Part shown: positions 39,143-52,078 of the stretch, one piece after another
How positions within the stretch are numbered: position 1 is the first letter of the stretch
Layout of the letters: each line of letters begins with the position of its first letter
Source of the DNA: Felis catus
Lineage: Eukaryota
Assembly (NCBI RefSeq): GCF_018350175.1
Contig: NC_058368.1
Coordinates: 220,536,001 to 220,600,000, forward strand
DNA length: 64,000 nucleotides
Reading direction: 5' to 3'
Made by a program: the position numbers and the translations under genes
The notes under the pieces: model-generated
Databases searched by the model: none
The model's input: the letters and a program-made list of their open reading frames with translations, nothing else
Told to the model about the DNA's origin: nothing

Positions 39143-39975
39143 TATATCCTAAACAAAAGCCAATAAAAAAAATTAAATAAAAATTGTATTTGTGCCACCT
39201 CACTCTTTGCTTTCATTTTTAAATTTTAAATGTATTTCTGAAAAAAATTGAATAGGTAAAATAATTTGTGGAAGAATATATAAAATACTATGAATTCTTT
39301 AATAATTATTTTCTTGTTATGTTAATTAATTATATATGAAGTATAGGGCATATTTTTTATTGCTATAATGCAAATGTAGAAGTAAGAGACATTAATATTG
39401 CTGGGAAATATTTGGTTTCATTAAATTAAAAAGGTAAACATGAATATATCATGAGTTAACAAAGAAAATTTTCAAAAAATGTGTCCTTTTGAGAAGTTAT
39501 TCCTTTAGTAAACACCAAGACTATCTTGAAAGAATATCAGTATACTAAAACTCTATGGAATCATTTGCTAACTACATATTTTCTCAATCATAACACTACA
39601 AAGAACTTGTTAGGAAGTGATTTGTTTTGGGGCTTAAGGTTTCATTTTATCAGTCAGGTCAAAATAATCCATACCCAAAGTTGGTCAACAAGGATACTTA
39701 GTTTAAGTTTTCATACTAGTGAAATGTTAAAAATGTTTTATTATGTTTCATGACTTAAAATAATTATGTTTATAAAATCAACACATGAACTTCCAAGATA
39801 CATGATAGAATAGGTTAATTAAAAATATTGGATTCTCAATAAGGACTGAGGAATCCTAGGTTCTGAACCCATTTAATACCAATTAGATTTGTAATATAAA
39901 CAAATTTTAGAAGTTGTATTACTAGTATTATGGATTAATTTTCTTAATTTGTTTTAAGTCTCAGTTTCTTCATCT

Positions 39976-39978
<3 letters not shown>

Positions 39979-40012
<34 letters not shown>

Positions 40013-40013
40013 A
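39979..40013. repeat. (AAAT)n microsatellite after a MIR fragment (~39840-39985)
   Basis: Direct reading; 'tctcagtttcttcatctgttaaat' is a MIR core. Confidence 0.9.
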
Positions 40014-40014
40014 T

Positions 40015-40247
40015 AGATGTTAAATAAACTAGAGCCCATGGGGCAAATTCAGCTCTCCTTTTGTTTGTTAACAACAACAACAAACATTTTATTGGAGCCA
40101 GCCACACTCATTCTTGTATGCATGGTCAATGGCTGTGTTCACCCTACCACTGTAGGAGTTGGGTACTTGTGATAGAAATCATAAGGCCCATTAAGCTAGA
40201 ATGTTTAGTTTCTGGCCCTTTATGGAAAAAAGCTTGCTGATCCCTTG
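40015..40247 (-). mobile_element. MER58A-like hAT-Charlie element
   Basis: 'ttttattggagccagccacactcattc...tctggccctttatggaaaaaagcttgctgatccct'. Confidence 0.8.
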
Positions 40248-41060
40248 ACTAAATGTTTTTTTTAGGTTCTTTAGGCTATTACATTCCATAATAAATATAT
40301 AATCTGACCAGGTACACAAGTTGGAAAAGAAAAACTCTTACATTTCCTAAAAATTCATTGCTTCATTCTGCTAATCACAGATTATGGTGAATATATTCTT
40401 TTCAAATACTTAAAATCACTACTTAAAATGTTGTAATTGCATGTGTGAATACACATAATATTTTCCAATTTTATCTAATAACAAAAGAATAATTAAGTAA
40501 CCAAATAAATTCAAGATAATTAGAGAAGCTGATTCATAACAGGGTTGCCATAATTAGAGTTTTATAATAAAGGGAAGAGAGTACATTTCCTGGGAAAGCA
40601 TCAGTATGCTTTAATCAATTTGTGCACAATAATTTTGTTTGTATTTATTTATCAGGGCCTCAATCAAGATTAGGTGTTAATATATTAAACTATACACAAG
40701 AAGAAGAACTTGTCCTTGATTATACTGCATATTACCCAATGGAAATTATTTACAAATTTAGCAATGTTTATTCCAAAATGGAAAATGCATTCTTGGGCAG
40801 TTATAGAAAAGAGATGTGCCTTATAAATAACTTGCTGTGGAAAAACAATAATTGTAATAAAATTGAAGTTATGAACAACAATAAGTCTATAATTGGAAAT
40901 TCACTTTTCAAAACTAATAAAATAGTAATACATTAAGACTAAGGGGAAGAATAGGCATAATCTTATACATGTACATGATAGTAAAACTTAGTTCTGTCTT
41001 TAGCTGATTCAACAAATGTTAGCTGAATATCTTATATGTTCCTTGTTTCTTTACTGTCAG

Positions 41061-41485
41061 TGTAGTGCTTTGGTTCTATCTGGCCGTGATTGATTGCATT
41101 ATTGCTCAGTATATAATCACTCTACCCATCACCACCTCTGTCTCTTTGGTGTTGGATTCAGTCTGGTGACACGCTTTGGCCAATAGAACATGAAGAGATG
41201 CAATGTGCCCTCCATCTGAGCAGTGGCTTTTAACATGCTTGAATGTTCACATAACCTCTTACATTCAACAAAAGAAGAATGATGCCTTATACCCACTGTT
41301 TATTTACTTGTGTACCAGAAGTGAAAGAAATGTGGAGCACGTCTGAATCTTGCCCTCAGGTTAGAGTGGAGCCACTGTAGTGAGCTATCAGACTTGTAGG
41401 CAAAAATAAAAGTCGTTTGTTTTAGTCACTGAGATTTGGGAGTTGCTTGTTATACAGCACATTAACGCAAAAATTGGCTAATAGA
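41061..41485 (+). mobile_element. Old MLT1 (G-J-like) MaLR LTR
   Basis: 'gtgacacgctttggccaatagaacatga' and 3' end 'aaataaaag...tgttttagtcactgagatttgggagttgcttgttatacagca...gctaataga'. Confidence 0.78.
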
Positions 41486-41714
41486 GCAGTCATGGAAAAA
41501 CTCACAGTACTTCTTCTATTTCTATAGGAAAAGTTCCAATATCATTACAGAGTTTGGAATGTTTCATCATATGTAGATTGGTAAAGTGCTCACCATAATA
41601 TGGAGCTACATTTTATTACATTTCTGGAAGTTTAGACTGTTTAGTTGACCCACGATGGTAATTCAAAGTGTAAAGGAAACATCATTCAGTTTTTATACCA
41701 CAAGCTATATTTAG

Positions 41715-41760
41715 AAAATCAACATTTAGATGCTTAACTGACTGAGCCATCCAGGCCCCC
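41715..41760 (-). mobile_element. CAN-SINE head-only remnant
   Basis: 'gaaaatcaacatttagatgcttaactgactgagccatccaggccccc' is the reverse complement of the first ~45 nt of a CAN-SINE; no body or tail. Confidence 0.8.
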
Positions 41761-41764
41761 AAAT

Positions 41765-42125
41765 TATTTTTTATTAAAGTTTAGATGAGGGTCGCCTGGG
41801 TGGCTCAGTCGGTTAAGCAGCCGACTTCGGCTCAGGTCATGATCTCGCAGTCTGTGAGTTCGCGCCCCGCGTCAGGCTCTGTGTTGACAGCTCAGAGCCT
41901 GGAGCCTGTTTCAGATTCTGTGTCTCCCTCTCTCTGACCCTCCCCTGTTCATGCTCTGTCTCTCCCTGTCTCAAAAATAAGTAAAACGTTAAAAAATAAA
42001 ATTAAAAAAATAGAATAAAGTAAAAAAAGTTTAGATGAGATATGCTATATTAGTTTCAGTTATGCAATATAGTGACTCAACAATTCTATACATTAAGCTA
42101 TGCTAACCCAACAAACGCAATCACT
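41765..42125 (-). mobile_element. Short carnivore L1 3' stub interrupted by a SINE
   Basis: 'tatattagtttcagttatgcaatatagtgactcaacaattctatacatta' is antisense to the same 3'-end type as the L1 at 59.8-60.4 kb. Confidence 0.7.
41789..42025 (+). mobile_element. Felid CAN-SINE
   Basis: TSD aaagtttagatga (41776-41788 / 42026-42038). Confidence 0.96.
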
Positions 42126-43171
42126 ACAAAACATATTTAATCTCCATTCTTGCACATTCATTTTTTCCAAAATATATATGCAGGTACCATTTTCAGTTCC
42201 AGTTCAGACTGTAAGTTTTACAACTCTGCCATGATCCAGAAATTTATATATCCATATTTGTATGCTTACCATGTCTTCACTTCAAAGGAAACATGCCTAA
42301 AACCAAAATAATAATATATTCCTCTATCTTGATATGCCTTACCACTATTCATAGAATTATCACTTCCAAAGTAATCATTTGAGACATATTTTAATAATGT
42401 ATTTTTCAGTTGTTATGCAATATGCTATGCAACTTACACTACTTGGTTATAAAAGAGTCTTTATATTCTTCTGTTATTCTCCATACCCGCTAAGAGTCCT
42501 ACGTGGCTGAATGTATAAACAAGACCCAACTATATACTGTCTACAAGAAACTCTAATTTGCTCTAACGGTACACATAATCTCACAGTAAATGGATGAAAA
42601 AAGATATTACACACAAGTGGAAACCAGAAAGGAGTGGGGGTAGGAATGCTTATATAAGACAAAATAGACTTTAGGTGAAAAACTGTAATAAGACACACAA
42701 ATAAATGTCATTTATAAGGAGAAATGGGTCAATTTCTTAAGAGGATATAACTATTATAAATACATATGTGACCCAATACTGGAGACCCTATTAATACTAA
42801 TAGGACTAAAGAGAAATATAGACAACAATAATACTGAGGCACTTCAGTGCTCTACTTCTAGTGGCATAGATCATCCATACAGGAATTAATAAGAAAACAT
42901 TAGACTTGAACTGTACCTTAAACCAAATGGACCTAAGAGACATATTCAGACAATTCCATCAAATAGCAGCAGAATACATATTCTTATCAAGCGCACATGG
43001 AACATTCTCCAAGATCGCCTATTTGTTAGGCTACCAAGTAAGTCTTAGCAAATTTTAAAATATTTAAATTTTTTAACATCTTTTCTGAACACATGGTATG
43101 AAACTAGAAATCAATCACCAAAGAAAAGCTGAAAAATTCCTAAATATGTGGACATTAAAGAACACACTCCT

Positions 43172-43378
43172 GGGAGTGCCCGGGTAGTTTAGTTGGTTAA
43201 GCCTCTGACCCTTGATTTTGGCTCACGTCATGATTTCACTATTCCTGGGTTCGAGTGCAGAGTCAGGCTCCATGCTGACAGTGCAGACCCTGCTTGGGAA
43301 TCTCTCTCCCTAGCTCTCTGCCCCTCCCCAACTTGTTCTGTCTCTCAAAATAAATAAATAAACTTAAAACATTTTTTT
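43172..43378 (+). mobile_element. CAN-SINE (older) inserted in L1 ORF2
   Basis: Degenerate head 'gggagtgcccgggtagtttagttggttaag'; TSD aacacactcct / aacacatttct. Confidence 0.9.
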
Positions 43379-46300
43379 AACACATTTCTGAAAACCAATG
43401 GGTCAAAAATAAAAATCAAAAGAGAAATGGAAACATATCTTGAACCAAGTGAAAATGGACACAATGTAAAAATGTATGGGTTGTTGCAAAAGCAGTTCTA
43501 AGAGGGAAGTTTATAGCAATAAATGCTGACATTAAGAAGATGGATCACAAATAAACAACCTAATTTTACATTTCAAGGAACTAGAAAAAGAACAAACAAT
43601 GCTCAAGAAAAGAAAAAGGCAATAACAAAGATCTGAGGAGAAATAAATGAAATAGAGATTTAGAAGACAAAAGGACAATAGGAAATAACAGAGCTAAGAG
43701 CTGTTTCTCATTTTTTGGTTAAACAAATAAAATAGACAAAGCTTAGACTTACTAAATTAGACTTACCAAGAAAAAAGAGGATTAAAATTACAAAAGCTAT
43801 AGTTGAAAGAGAAACATTTCAACTGATACCCCTGAAAGGATCATAAGACCTCCTATAAACAACTATATGCCAAGATATTGGACAACCTAGAAGTGGTAAG
43901 TTATTAGAAACAGTCTACCAAGCTGAATCCTGAAGGGACAGAAAATCTGAATGGACCAATTACTAGTAAGGAGATTGAACTAGTAATCAAAAACCACGCA
44001 ATACAAAAAAATCTCAGGATCAAATGGCTTCATAGGTGAATTCTACCAAACATTTAAGAATTAACATCAATCCTTTTCAAGTCCTTTCCAAAAATTAAAA
44101 AGAAGGAAACAGTCCCAAACTCATTTTATGAGGCCAGCATTACTCTGATACCAAACCCAGATAAGAACACTAGAAGAAAAGAAAATTACAGGCCAATATC
44201 CCTGATGAATATAGATGTAAAAACTCTCAACAAAATACTGTCAAACCAAATTCAAGAGCACATTAAAAGGACCATAGATCATGATCAAGTGGGATGTATC
44301 TCTGGGATGCAAGAAAGTTTCAGCATATGCAATTCAATGAGTGTGATACACCATGTTAACGTAATGAAAGACAAAAACCATATAATCATCTCAATAGATG
44401 TAGAAAGCATTTGGGACAGTTCAACATACTTTCACAATAAAAATTCTCAACAAAGTGGGCATAGAAGAAACATACCTCAGCTTAATAAAGGCCATATATG
44501 GACAAACCCATAACTAACATCATATCAATGGTGAAAGGTTGAAAGCTTTTTTATAAGATTAGAAATAAGACAAGGCTACCCTATTTTACCAGTCCTATTC
44601 AGCACAGTACTGGAAGTCCTTGGCAGAGCAATTAGGTAAGAAAAAGAAATAAAAGATAGCCAAATCAGAAAGGAAGAAGTGAAACTGTCTCTGAAGATGA
44701 CTTGATTTTATATTCTGAATACTATACCAACAAACTGTTTGAACTAATAAATGAATTCAGCAGAGTTTCAGGATGTAAAATCAGCATGCAAACATCTGTT
44801 GTATCTCTATACACTAATAGTACAATATGCTACTTCTGGAAAAAAAAAAAGTAAAGAAGACAAATCCCTTTTACAATAGTACCAAAAAGAATAAAATACT
44901 TAGTAGTAAAGGAGGTGAAAGATCTGTACACTGAAAACTGTTAAGACATTGACAAAAGATATTGAAGAAGACACACATGTTCATGGATCCAAAGAGTTAA
45001 TATTGTTAAATTTTCCATAGTCTAATCTAGAGATTATTGCAATTCCTATTAAAATTCTAAAGATACTTTTCACAGAAATAGATTTAAAAAATACTAAAAT
45101 TCATTTGGAACCACAAATGACCCTGAACAGACAAAGCAATCTTGATTAAAAATAAATAAATAAATAAATAAAATAAAGAGAGATGAAGGCATTATACTTC
45201 CTGATTTCAAACTATTACAAAACTATTGCAATCAAACAATACAATGGTGGCATAAAAACAGACACATAGAACAACATAGACCAACGTAACAGAACAGAAT
45301 AGAAAGCCAAATACATCCATGCATATAAGGTTAACTAATCTTTAGTAAAGGAGCCATAAATATTCAACAGGGATTGATAGTCTGTTCAATAAATGGTGTT
45401 GGAAAAATTGGTTATTCATGTACAAAAGAGTGAAAATGGACCTAAGTTACACCACTCACAAATATTTACTCAAAATGGATTAAGGTCTTAACCAGAAACC
45501 ATAAAATATCTGGAAAAGAAACATAGGGAAAAGATATTTGACATTTGTCTTAGCAATGATTTTTTTTTGATATGACACCAAAAGCACATGCAACAAAAGC
45601 AAAAATTAGCGATTGAGACTACATGAAACCAATAAGACTCTACACAGCAAAGGAAACAATCGACAAAATTAAGAGGCAACCTATGAAATGGGGTAAAATA
45701 TTGGCAAACCATATCACCTGAGAAAGGATTAATGTGCAAAGTATATAAGAAGCTTATACAACAACATAGCAAAAATAAAAAATAAAAAAAATTCAGGTTA
45801 CGAAATGGGCGAAGGACCTGGATAGACAGTTTTCCAAAGAAAACATACAAGTAGCTAACAAGTACATGAAAAGGTGCTCAACATCACTAATCATCTAACC
45901 ACAATTCAGTCACCTCTCACCTGTGACCAGTATCTCAAAGACAAGTAATAGCAATTACCGGTGAGGCTGTGCAGAAAAAGGGGACCATTGTCCTCTGTTA
46001 GTGGGAATGTAAATTTGTAGAACCATTAAGGAAACAGGGTGGGAGTTCCTCAAAAACTAAAAATAGAACTACCATATGATCCAGCAATCCACTTCTGAGT
46101 GCACATCTAAAGGCAATGAAATCACCAAATAGAAGAGATATCTATAGCCCCATGTTTACTGCAACTTTTTACAAAAGCTAAGATGTGGAAACGACCTAAA
46201 TATCTGTCAACAGATGAATGAATAAAGAAAATGCCATGTATACGTATGATGGAACATTTTTCAGCCATAAAAACAAACAAACAAACAAACAAACAACAAA

Positions 46301-46408
46301 CAAACAAACAAAAAAGGAATTCTGTAAGATTCTACAGTATGGATGAACTTTGAGAACATTATGCTAGGTGAAAGAAACCTGGCACAAAAAGACAAAGACT
46401 ATCTTGTT

Positions 46409-46488
46409 CTATACTATATTATACTATACTATACTATACTATGCTATGCTATGCTATGCTATGCTATGCTATGCTATGCTATGCTATA
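46409..46488. repeat. (CTATA)n-(CTATG)n compound pentanucleotide microsatellite
   Basis: Direct reading; lies inside the L1 3' region. Confidence 0.97.
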
Positions 46489-49400
46489 CGGGACTTAGAG
46501 CAGTCAAAATCAGGAAGTCAGAAAGTATAGTGGTGGTGGCCAGTGGTGGGGGAAGGGGACATGGGAGTTATTGTATTGTGTGATAGTCATAGAGTTTCAG
46601 TTTTACAAGATGAAAAGAGTTATGGGGATGGATGGTGGTGATGGTCACACAACAATTTGAATGTACTTAATACCACTAAATTGTACACTTAAAAATGGCT
46701 AAGATGGTAAATGTTATGTTACATGTATTTTATCTCAATAAAGAAACAAAAGCCAGTTAATTTCTCCATGATTTGTAAAATCATTAAAATGGTAAAAAAA
46801 AAAATGATGTTTATGTTAGAGTTGATATCAGAATGAAAAGAATTATATTTGCAAGGTAAAAGCAAAGTGCCTGACACATTATAAATAATAAATTATGGCC
46901 ACTATACTTATTGACAGTTACATTTATGATTGTCTTCACCTTACAATAACAGAAACAATTTTACTTTGAACAACAGGGCAAAAATGGTGAAACTTACACT
47001 GATATTCTTTTACTAAATATCTAGGAACTACATTATATCTCACATGTAGAAATTAGTTCATAACATGATTTCACATTTATTATCTGATCCTCTGTGCCCG
47101 TAGTTTAAGGCACAGAAATGACAGTATTATTTAAATTTTAAGAATATAAAACCAAACACCAAGAGATTAAAAGTAAGTGAGAAGTGTAGCACCCACTTTT
47201 GGATCCCCATTTTTATTTCATTGTTTCAAGTAATCTTTATGACTTCATGTAATAATTTATGTAATAATTATAGATTATACCATTATACATGGTTATAGAT
47301 TACAGATATTACCATTACATTAAACTTTCCCCATCTAATGTATATAACCATCAATGCAAAATTTTAGTCATAATTTTAGTCATAATCATAGAAAAGTAAA
47401 CCAAGTGCTAGGAGTATTTTTTTTTATATTATACATTTAGAGAAATGTACAAGTGAAGATATTTAATGCTTAATATAAAAGCTTTCAGGAAAAATTTCAA
47501 GGTTTTACTTTTACTTAATTTTACTTTATTTTATTCTGTGCTTTCATATTTTTAAGTCATAAATTTGAATTAGTCAAAACAAATGCAAACTTAAGATTTC
47601 TAATATAAAAGAATTTCAAACCCAAATATATTGTGTTTTATGAGTTTTTAGAAAAAAAGCAAATTGCGAAGATTTTAATTTTTTTGGGGGGGGGTCTTAA
47701 AGATCACTTAACTACAGCTATTTTCTAACCTGTGGTTGTACCTGTGTACATGAATTGATCATGATTACTAAATAGATCATTATAAATATAACATATTGCA
47801 TTGAGTTCCAGCTTTAATGAAGTGAAGACTGAAGACGTATAGCCTCATGTCTTACTAATAAAGATATATCAGGAAATATAAACTCAGGGAGCTGGTAATA
47901 ACTCTAAATTAATTTATCTCATCAGATTTTCCTAACAAATGTAAGCTATGGCAAAAGAAAAGATCACACACAAACACACATGCACACACTTAACACTTTT
48001 AACCTAAGTCCTAGTAATTAAAGTTTGCAAAGAAATTAACTGTATTTCATATGTTCATATTTAGCTTTTTCCTTTTTCTTTATATAGTCTAAAAGGAAAG
48101 AGAGAGAGAGTGAGAGAGTTTTATACAACTTAATGTGCAAAGCATCTCAGTAATAATTATGGTCAAAGTTCGAATGACATATGAGTATGTTATATAAATA
48201 AATACTGGAGACTTTGGGATCACACAGCTCATATTTTGCTCATTCAATCCCAGTTGTACAAGTACATAATAATAAAAATGTTTAAAAACTAATACTGATA
48301 ATATATTAATGAAATATTAATCACAGTACATAGAAAAAATCTTTAAAACTACTTATTTAATTGAGGTCATACAACCTCCATGGTTAAAATACAGCTGCTT
48401 TTCTTAGAAGCATTGTAAAAACACAAGCTGTTGATTATATTTTACCATACTTCAAGCTATTAAAACTAATTCCATTTTAATTGTTAATGAGAACAGTCAA
48501 CCATTATCTTTGAGGCAATGCAGATATGAATGTTGTATTTATAGATATGAAAATAAATATTGGTAATGGGAAACAATTTGTTGAATCTTTTTCCATATTC
48601 CTACCTGTACAGGTTTAGACATTGTATTTCTACTACTCTATGAAAGTTGAATTTTTAGAATACACATCATTTTAACCTGATGAATTTTTATATAGTGTCT
48701 GATTAGCACTTAGGATCATGGAATGATTGGTTTCATATTTCACTTGCATATGAAAAATATTACTATCATATTTCTACATTGATGTGTATTTGTTACGTAT
48801 GGTCATGCAAATATGGGCAATAAATACACTCTCATTGACTCATAACAGAATATATAATATTTTCACTTAAGTGTTTTTAATGAGGCAGATACTATATTAA
48901 ACAAACATTTTTAAGAGTCTCTGTAATTTCCCTTTAGTAATTTACATGCAGAACAAGTTATTAAGGTTTGGGGTGTTGACTGGCTCAAACTCCCCCATAT
49001 AGTATCTTCCCTAATTGTGAGCATTTTATTGTCCCTTTGTGATACAGTCTCCTTTTCATAAAAATGAATAATTATAATTTTTATAGGATAAAATAAGTCA
49101 ACATATTCTCTTGGTCATTTTTCTTCACTGGCAAAAACAATACTTTTAACCAGGTGAGAAGAAAATTACTTATTAAGTACAGATAGAACATTGAGTCTGA
49201 GTTTCCAGAAATGACACCCAAAATGAAAAGGTGGGAGGAGATTGCTAAAGGCAACGAATGCCCTGCACCTTAGCTGTTGCACTTGTTTATAAGTTTTAGA
49301 AAAAAAAGTGGTCTCGGTGTTACTGATTGAAGTCACACAAATCAGGTCTGTGATGTACTGAAACTGTGCTTTGTACATATTACCCCCACAATAAATGGCA

Positions 49401-51045
49401 TCTATTAATACTTTTATTATCAAATAATTACATCCTATGTGCTCCAGCTGTAAATTTTTGCAGCTAACATATTTCAAAACTGAACTCTTAAAATCTCTTT
49501 CTATCCACTTTCCTTTTATTCAACATGAGATGCTGAGTTCTGTGTTTTTCTGTTTTTTGATATATACCTAGACTGATTTTTTTAAATTTATTGAGATAGA
49601 ATTGAAGTAAAAATTAACTACAAATATTTAAACTGTACAATCTGATCATATTTGGCGTATCTGTATACCTCTAACGCTATTATCACAAACAAGATAAGGA
49701 ACATTTCGATCATCCACAAAAGAGATCCCTCATGCTTCCTAGAAATCCTCCTTCCCTACCCCCCACCCCCAACCCCTTGCCTGGGCAACCATTGACTTGA
49801 ATTCTATCATTGCGATTAAGTTTGCATGATCTCAGTTTGATTATAAAAGAAATCATACAGAATCTACTCTTTGGCCTGACTTATTTCACTGAGGATAATG
49901 ATTTTGCAATTGATCCATGTTGTGCCTATCAATAGTTCATTTTTTTAATTGCTAAGAAGCATTCTATTTTATGACTATACCATAATTTTGGTTATCCATT
50001 TATCTGGTGATGGGCATTTGGGTTCCTTATAGTTTTTGGATATTACAGAAAATGCTGATATGAACATTCATGTACAATTCTTTTTGTGAATATATGTTTT
50101 AACTTCTTTTGGATAAATAACTAAGAGTGAACTGACTGGATTTTATGATATGTTTATCCTAAAAAGACTGCCAAACTGCTTCTGCAAACTGGTTGTGCCA
50201 TTTTACATTCCCATCAGCAGTAAAGATGAATTCTAGGTTCTTCATATCCTTGCCAACACTGATATCATATCGTCAGACTTTTCCATTTTTGCAACTCTAA
50301 TGAGTGTATAAAGGTTGCACCTAATGGTATTAATTTTTATTTCCATGATGATTATTATAGGTTCGCAATTTTTCATGTGTTTTCTATTTTGTGAAGTTCT
50401 TTCAAATTTTCTGCCCATATAGTATTTGTTTATTTGTCTTCTTATTATTGAAATGTAAGAAGTTTTCATATATCTTGTACACAAGATATATAAATGTTTT
50501 CTCCCAGTTTATCATTTGCATTTTGGATTTCTTAACAATGTCTTTGAAACTGAAAACTGTCCAATTTTGATGAATTCTAACTTATCATTTTCTATGTTGC
50601 ATACATTTGTGATTAAAAAAAAAAAAAACACTTTTCCCCAGATGGTAAATATTTTGTCAATTATCTCATTGTGGTTTCTTTTGCTTTTCATTTTACACTT
50701 ATATCCATCATCCATTTGGAGTTAATTTTGTATTTGATGTGAAGAAAAATTTTATGTTTTGTGTTTTCCATACATGGATATATTCAATCCAACCCAATCT
50801 CCTAAAAAAGATTTCAACACTGAATTTCCTTAGCACATTTGTTAAAAGTTAACTGGCCATATATTTGAGTATCTACCTTTGTAATCATTCCATTCCATTG
50901 ATCTATATGTGAAGCTTTTTTTTTTTTGCAACCAAAAATATTATGCTTTTATTATTAATAAGTGCTTTTATTAATAGTACTTTATAATTAGTCTTAAAAT
51001 GAGACAGGTGAAATCCATCAGCTTTGTTTTAAAAAATTGGTTTCG

Positions 51046-51264
51046 GGGGCGCCTGGGTGGCGCAGTCGGTTAAGCGTCCGACTTCAGCCAGGTCACGATC
51101 TCGCGGTCCGTGAGTTCGAGCCCCGCGTCGGGCTCTGGGTTGATGGCTCAGAGCCTGGAGCCTGTTTCCGAGTCTGTGTCTCCCTCTCTCTCTGCCCCTC
51201 CCCCGTTCATGCTCTGTCTCTCTCTGTCCCAAAAATAAATAAACGTGGAAAAAAATTTAAAAAA
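51046..51264 (+). mobile_element. Young felid CAN-SINE (SINEC_Fc-type)
   Basis: CpGs intact; perfect 15-bp TSD aaaaaattggtttcg (51031-51045 / 51265-51279). Confidence 0.97.
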
Positions 51265-51721
51265 AAAAAATTGGTTTCGACTATTCTAGATCTTTTGCTT
51301 TTCTATTTTTAGAAATAGTCACCAAATTTTAGAAGCAACTTGTCAATTAGCATAAAAATGCCTACTGGAATTTGGATTGAGATCATGATCACATTGAATA
51401 TATAGATCAGTTTGGAAAGAAATGACATCTTGACATGTTGAGTTCTACAATCTTTACATATGACACTTTTCTCTATTTAAGTGTTCTTTAAGATTTTCCA
51501 GTAATGTTTTATAATGTTCAAAATAGCTTTCTTTAATTAAATTTATTCTCAGATATTTGGGAGGGTGACCTTATTATAAATTGAACTGATAATATCGCTA
51601 ACATATAGAAGCATCAGTTTTTTCCTCTTTGTCTGGAAGAATATAATTTAATTTTTACATTATTTTATTTTTACCTTGCTAAATTAGTTATGATAGTTAC
51701 TATGAAGATTCACGTTTTTAT

Positions 51722-51951
51722 TTCTTTTTATTTTTTTTTAATTTTTTTTAACGTTTATTTATTTTTGAGACAGAGAGAGACAGAGCATGAATGGGGGAGG
51801 GACAGAGAGCGAGGGAGACACAGAATCGGAAGCAGGCTCCAGGCTCTGAGCCATCAGCTCAGAGCCTGACGCGGGATCGAACTCACAGACCGCGAGATCG
51901 TGACCTGAGCTGAAGTCGGACGCTTAACCGACTGAGCCACCCAGGCGCCCC
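51722..51951 (-). mobile_element. Felid CAN-SINE
   Basis: TSD tcacgtttttat (51710-51721 / 51952-51963). Confidence 0.97.
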
Positions 51952-51977
51952 TCACGTTTTTATATAAATTATCATAT

Positions 51978-52078
51978 CATCTGTAAAGACCCTATTCCCA
52001 AATAAATTAACATTCTGAGGCACTGGAGGTTAACACTTCAACGTATGAATTTGGGGGTAACATAATTCAACCCATAAC
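51978..52078 (-). mobile_element. MLT1B-like LTR, 5' ~100 nt
   Basis: Reverse complement reads gttatgggttgaattatgttacccccaaattcatacgttgaag...ctcagaatg...ttatttgggaatagggtctttacagatg. Confidence 0.88.

Larger units (their letters stand above)
42490..46750 (+). mobile_element. L1 (L1MB-like) remnant spanning ORF2 endonuclease, RT, C-terminus and 3' UTR; non-functional
   Basis: ORF 44205-44513 [30 protein letters not shown]...[11 protein letters not shown] matches L1 ORF2 RT; EN text 'gacccaactatatactgtctacaagaaact'; broken FADD motif ~44690; 3' end 'gtacacttaaaaatggctaagatggtaaat...caataaa'. Confidence 0.95.
49575..51987 (-). mobile_element. Old L1 (L1MC/MD-like) 3' end and late ORF2, interrupted by two SINEs
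   Basis: 'tttattgagatagaattga...tttaaactgtacaat', 'ccattttacattcccatcagcag', 'cattgaatatatagatcagtttggaaagaaatgacatctt'; ends 'atcatatcatctgtaaa'. Confidence 0.85.

Noticed and set aside
40622..40936. 104-aa N/K/I-rich ORF
   Set aside because: Non-ATG start, composition mirrors AT-rich DNA, no recognisable domain.
44205..44513. Functional reverse transcriptase CDS
   Set aside because: A short open fragment of a dead L1 ORF2, with frameshifts on both sides and a broken FADD motif.
47361..47386. Short direct duplications (also 24520-24541, 53118-53143)
   Set aside because: Ordinary 11-13-bp slippage duplications.
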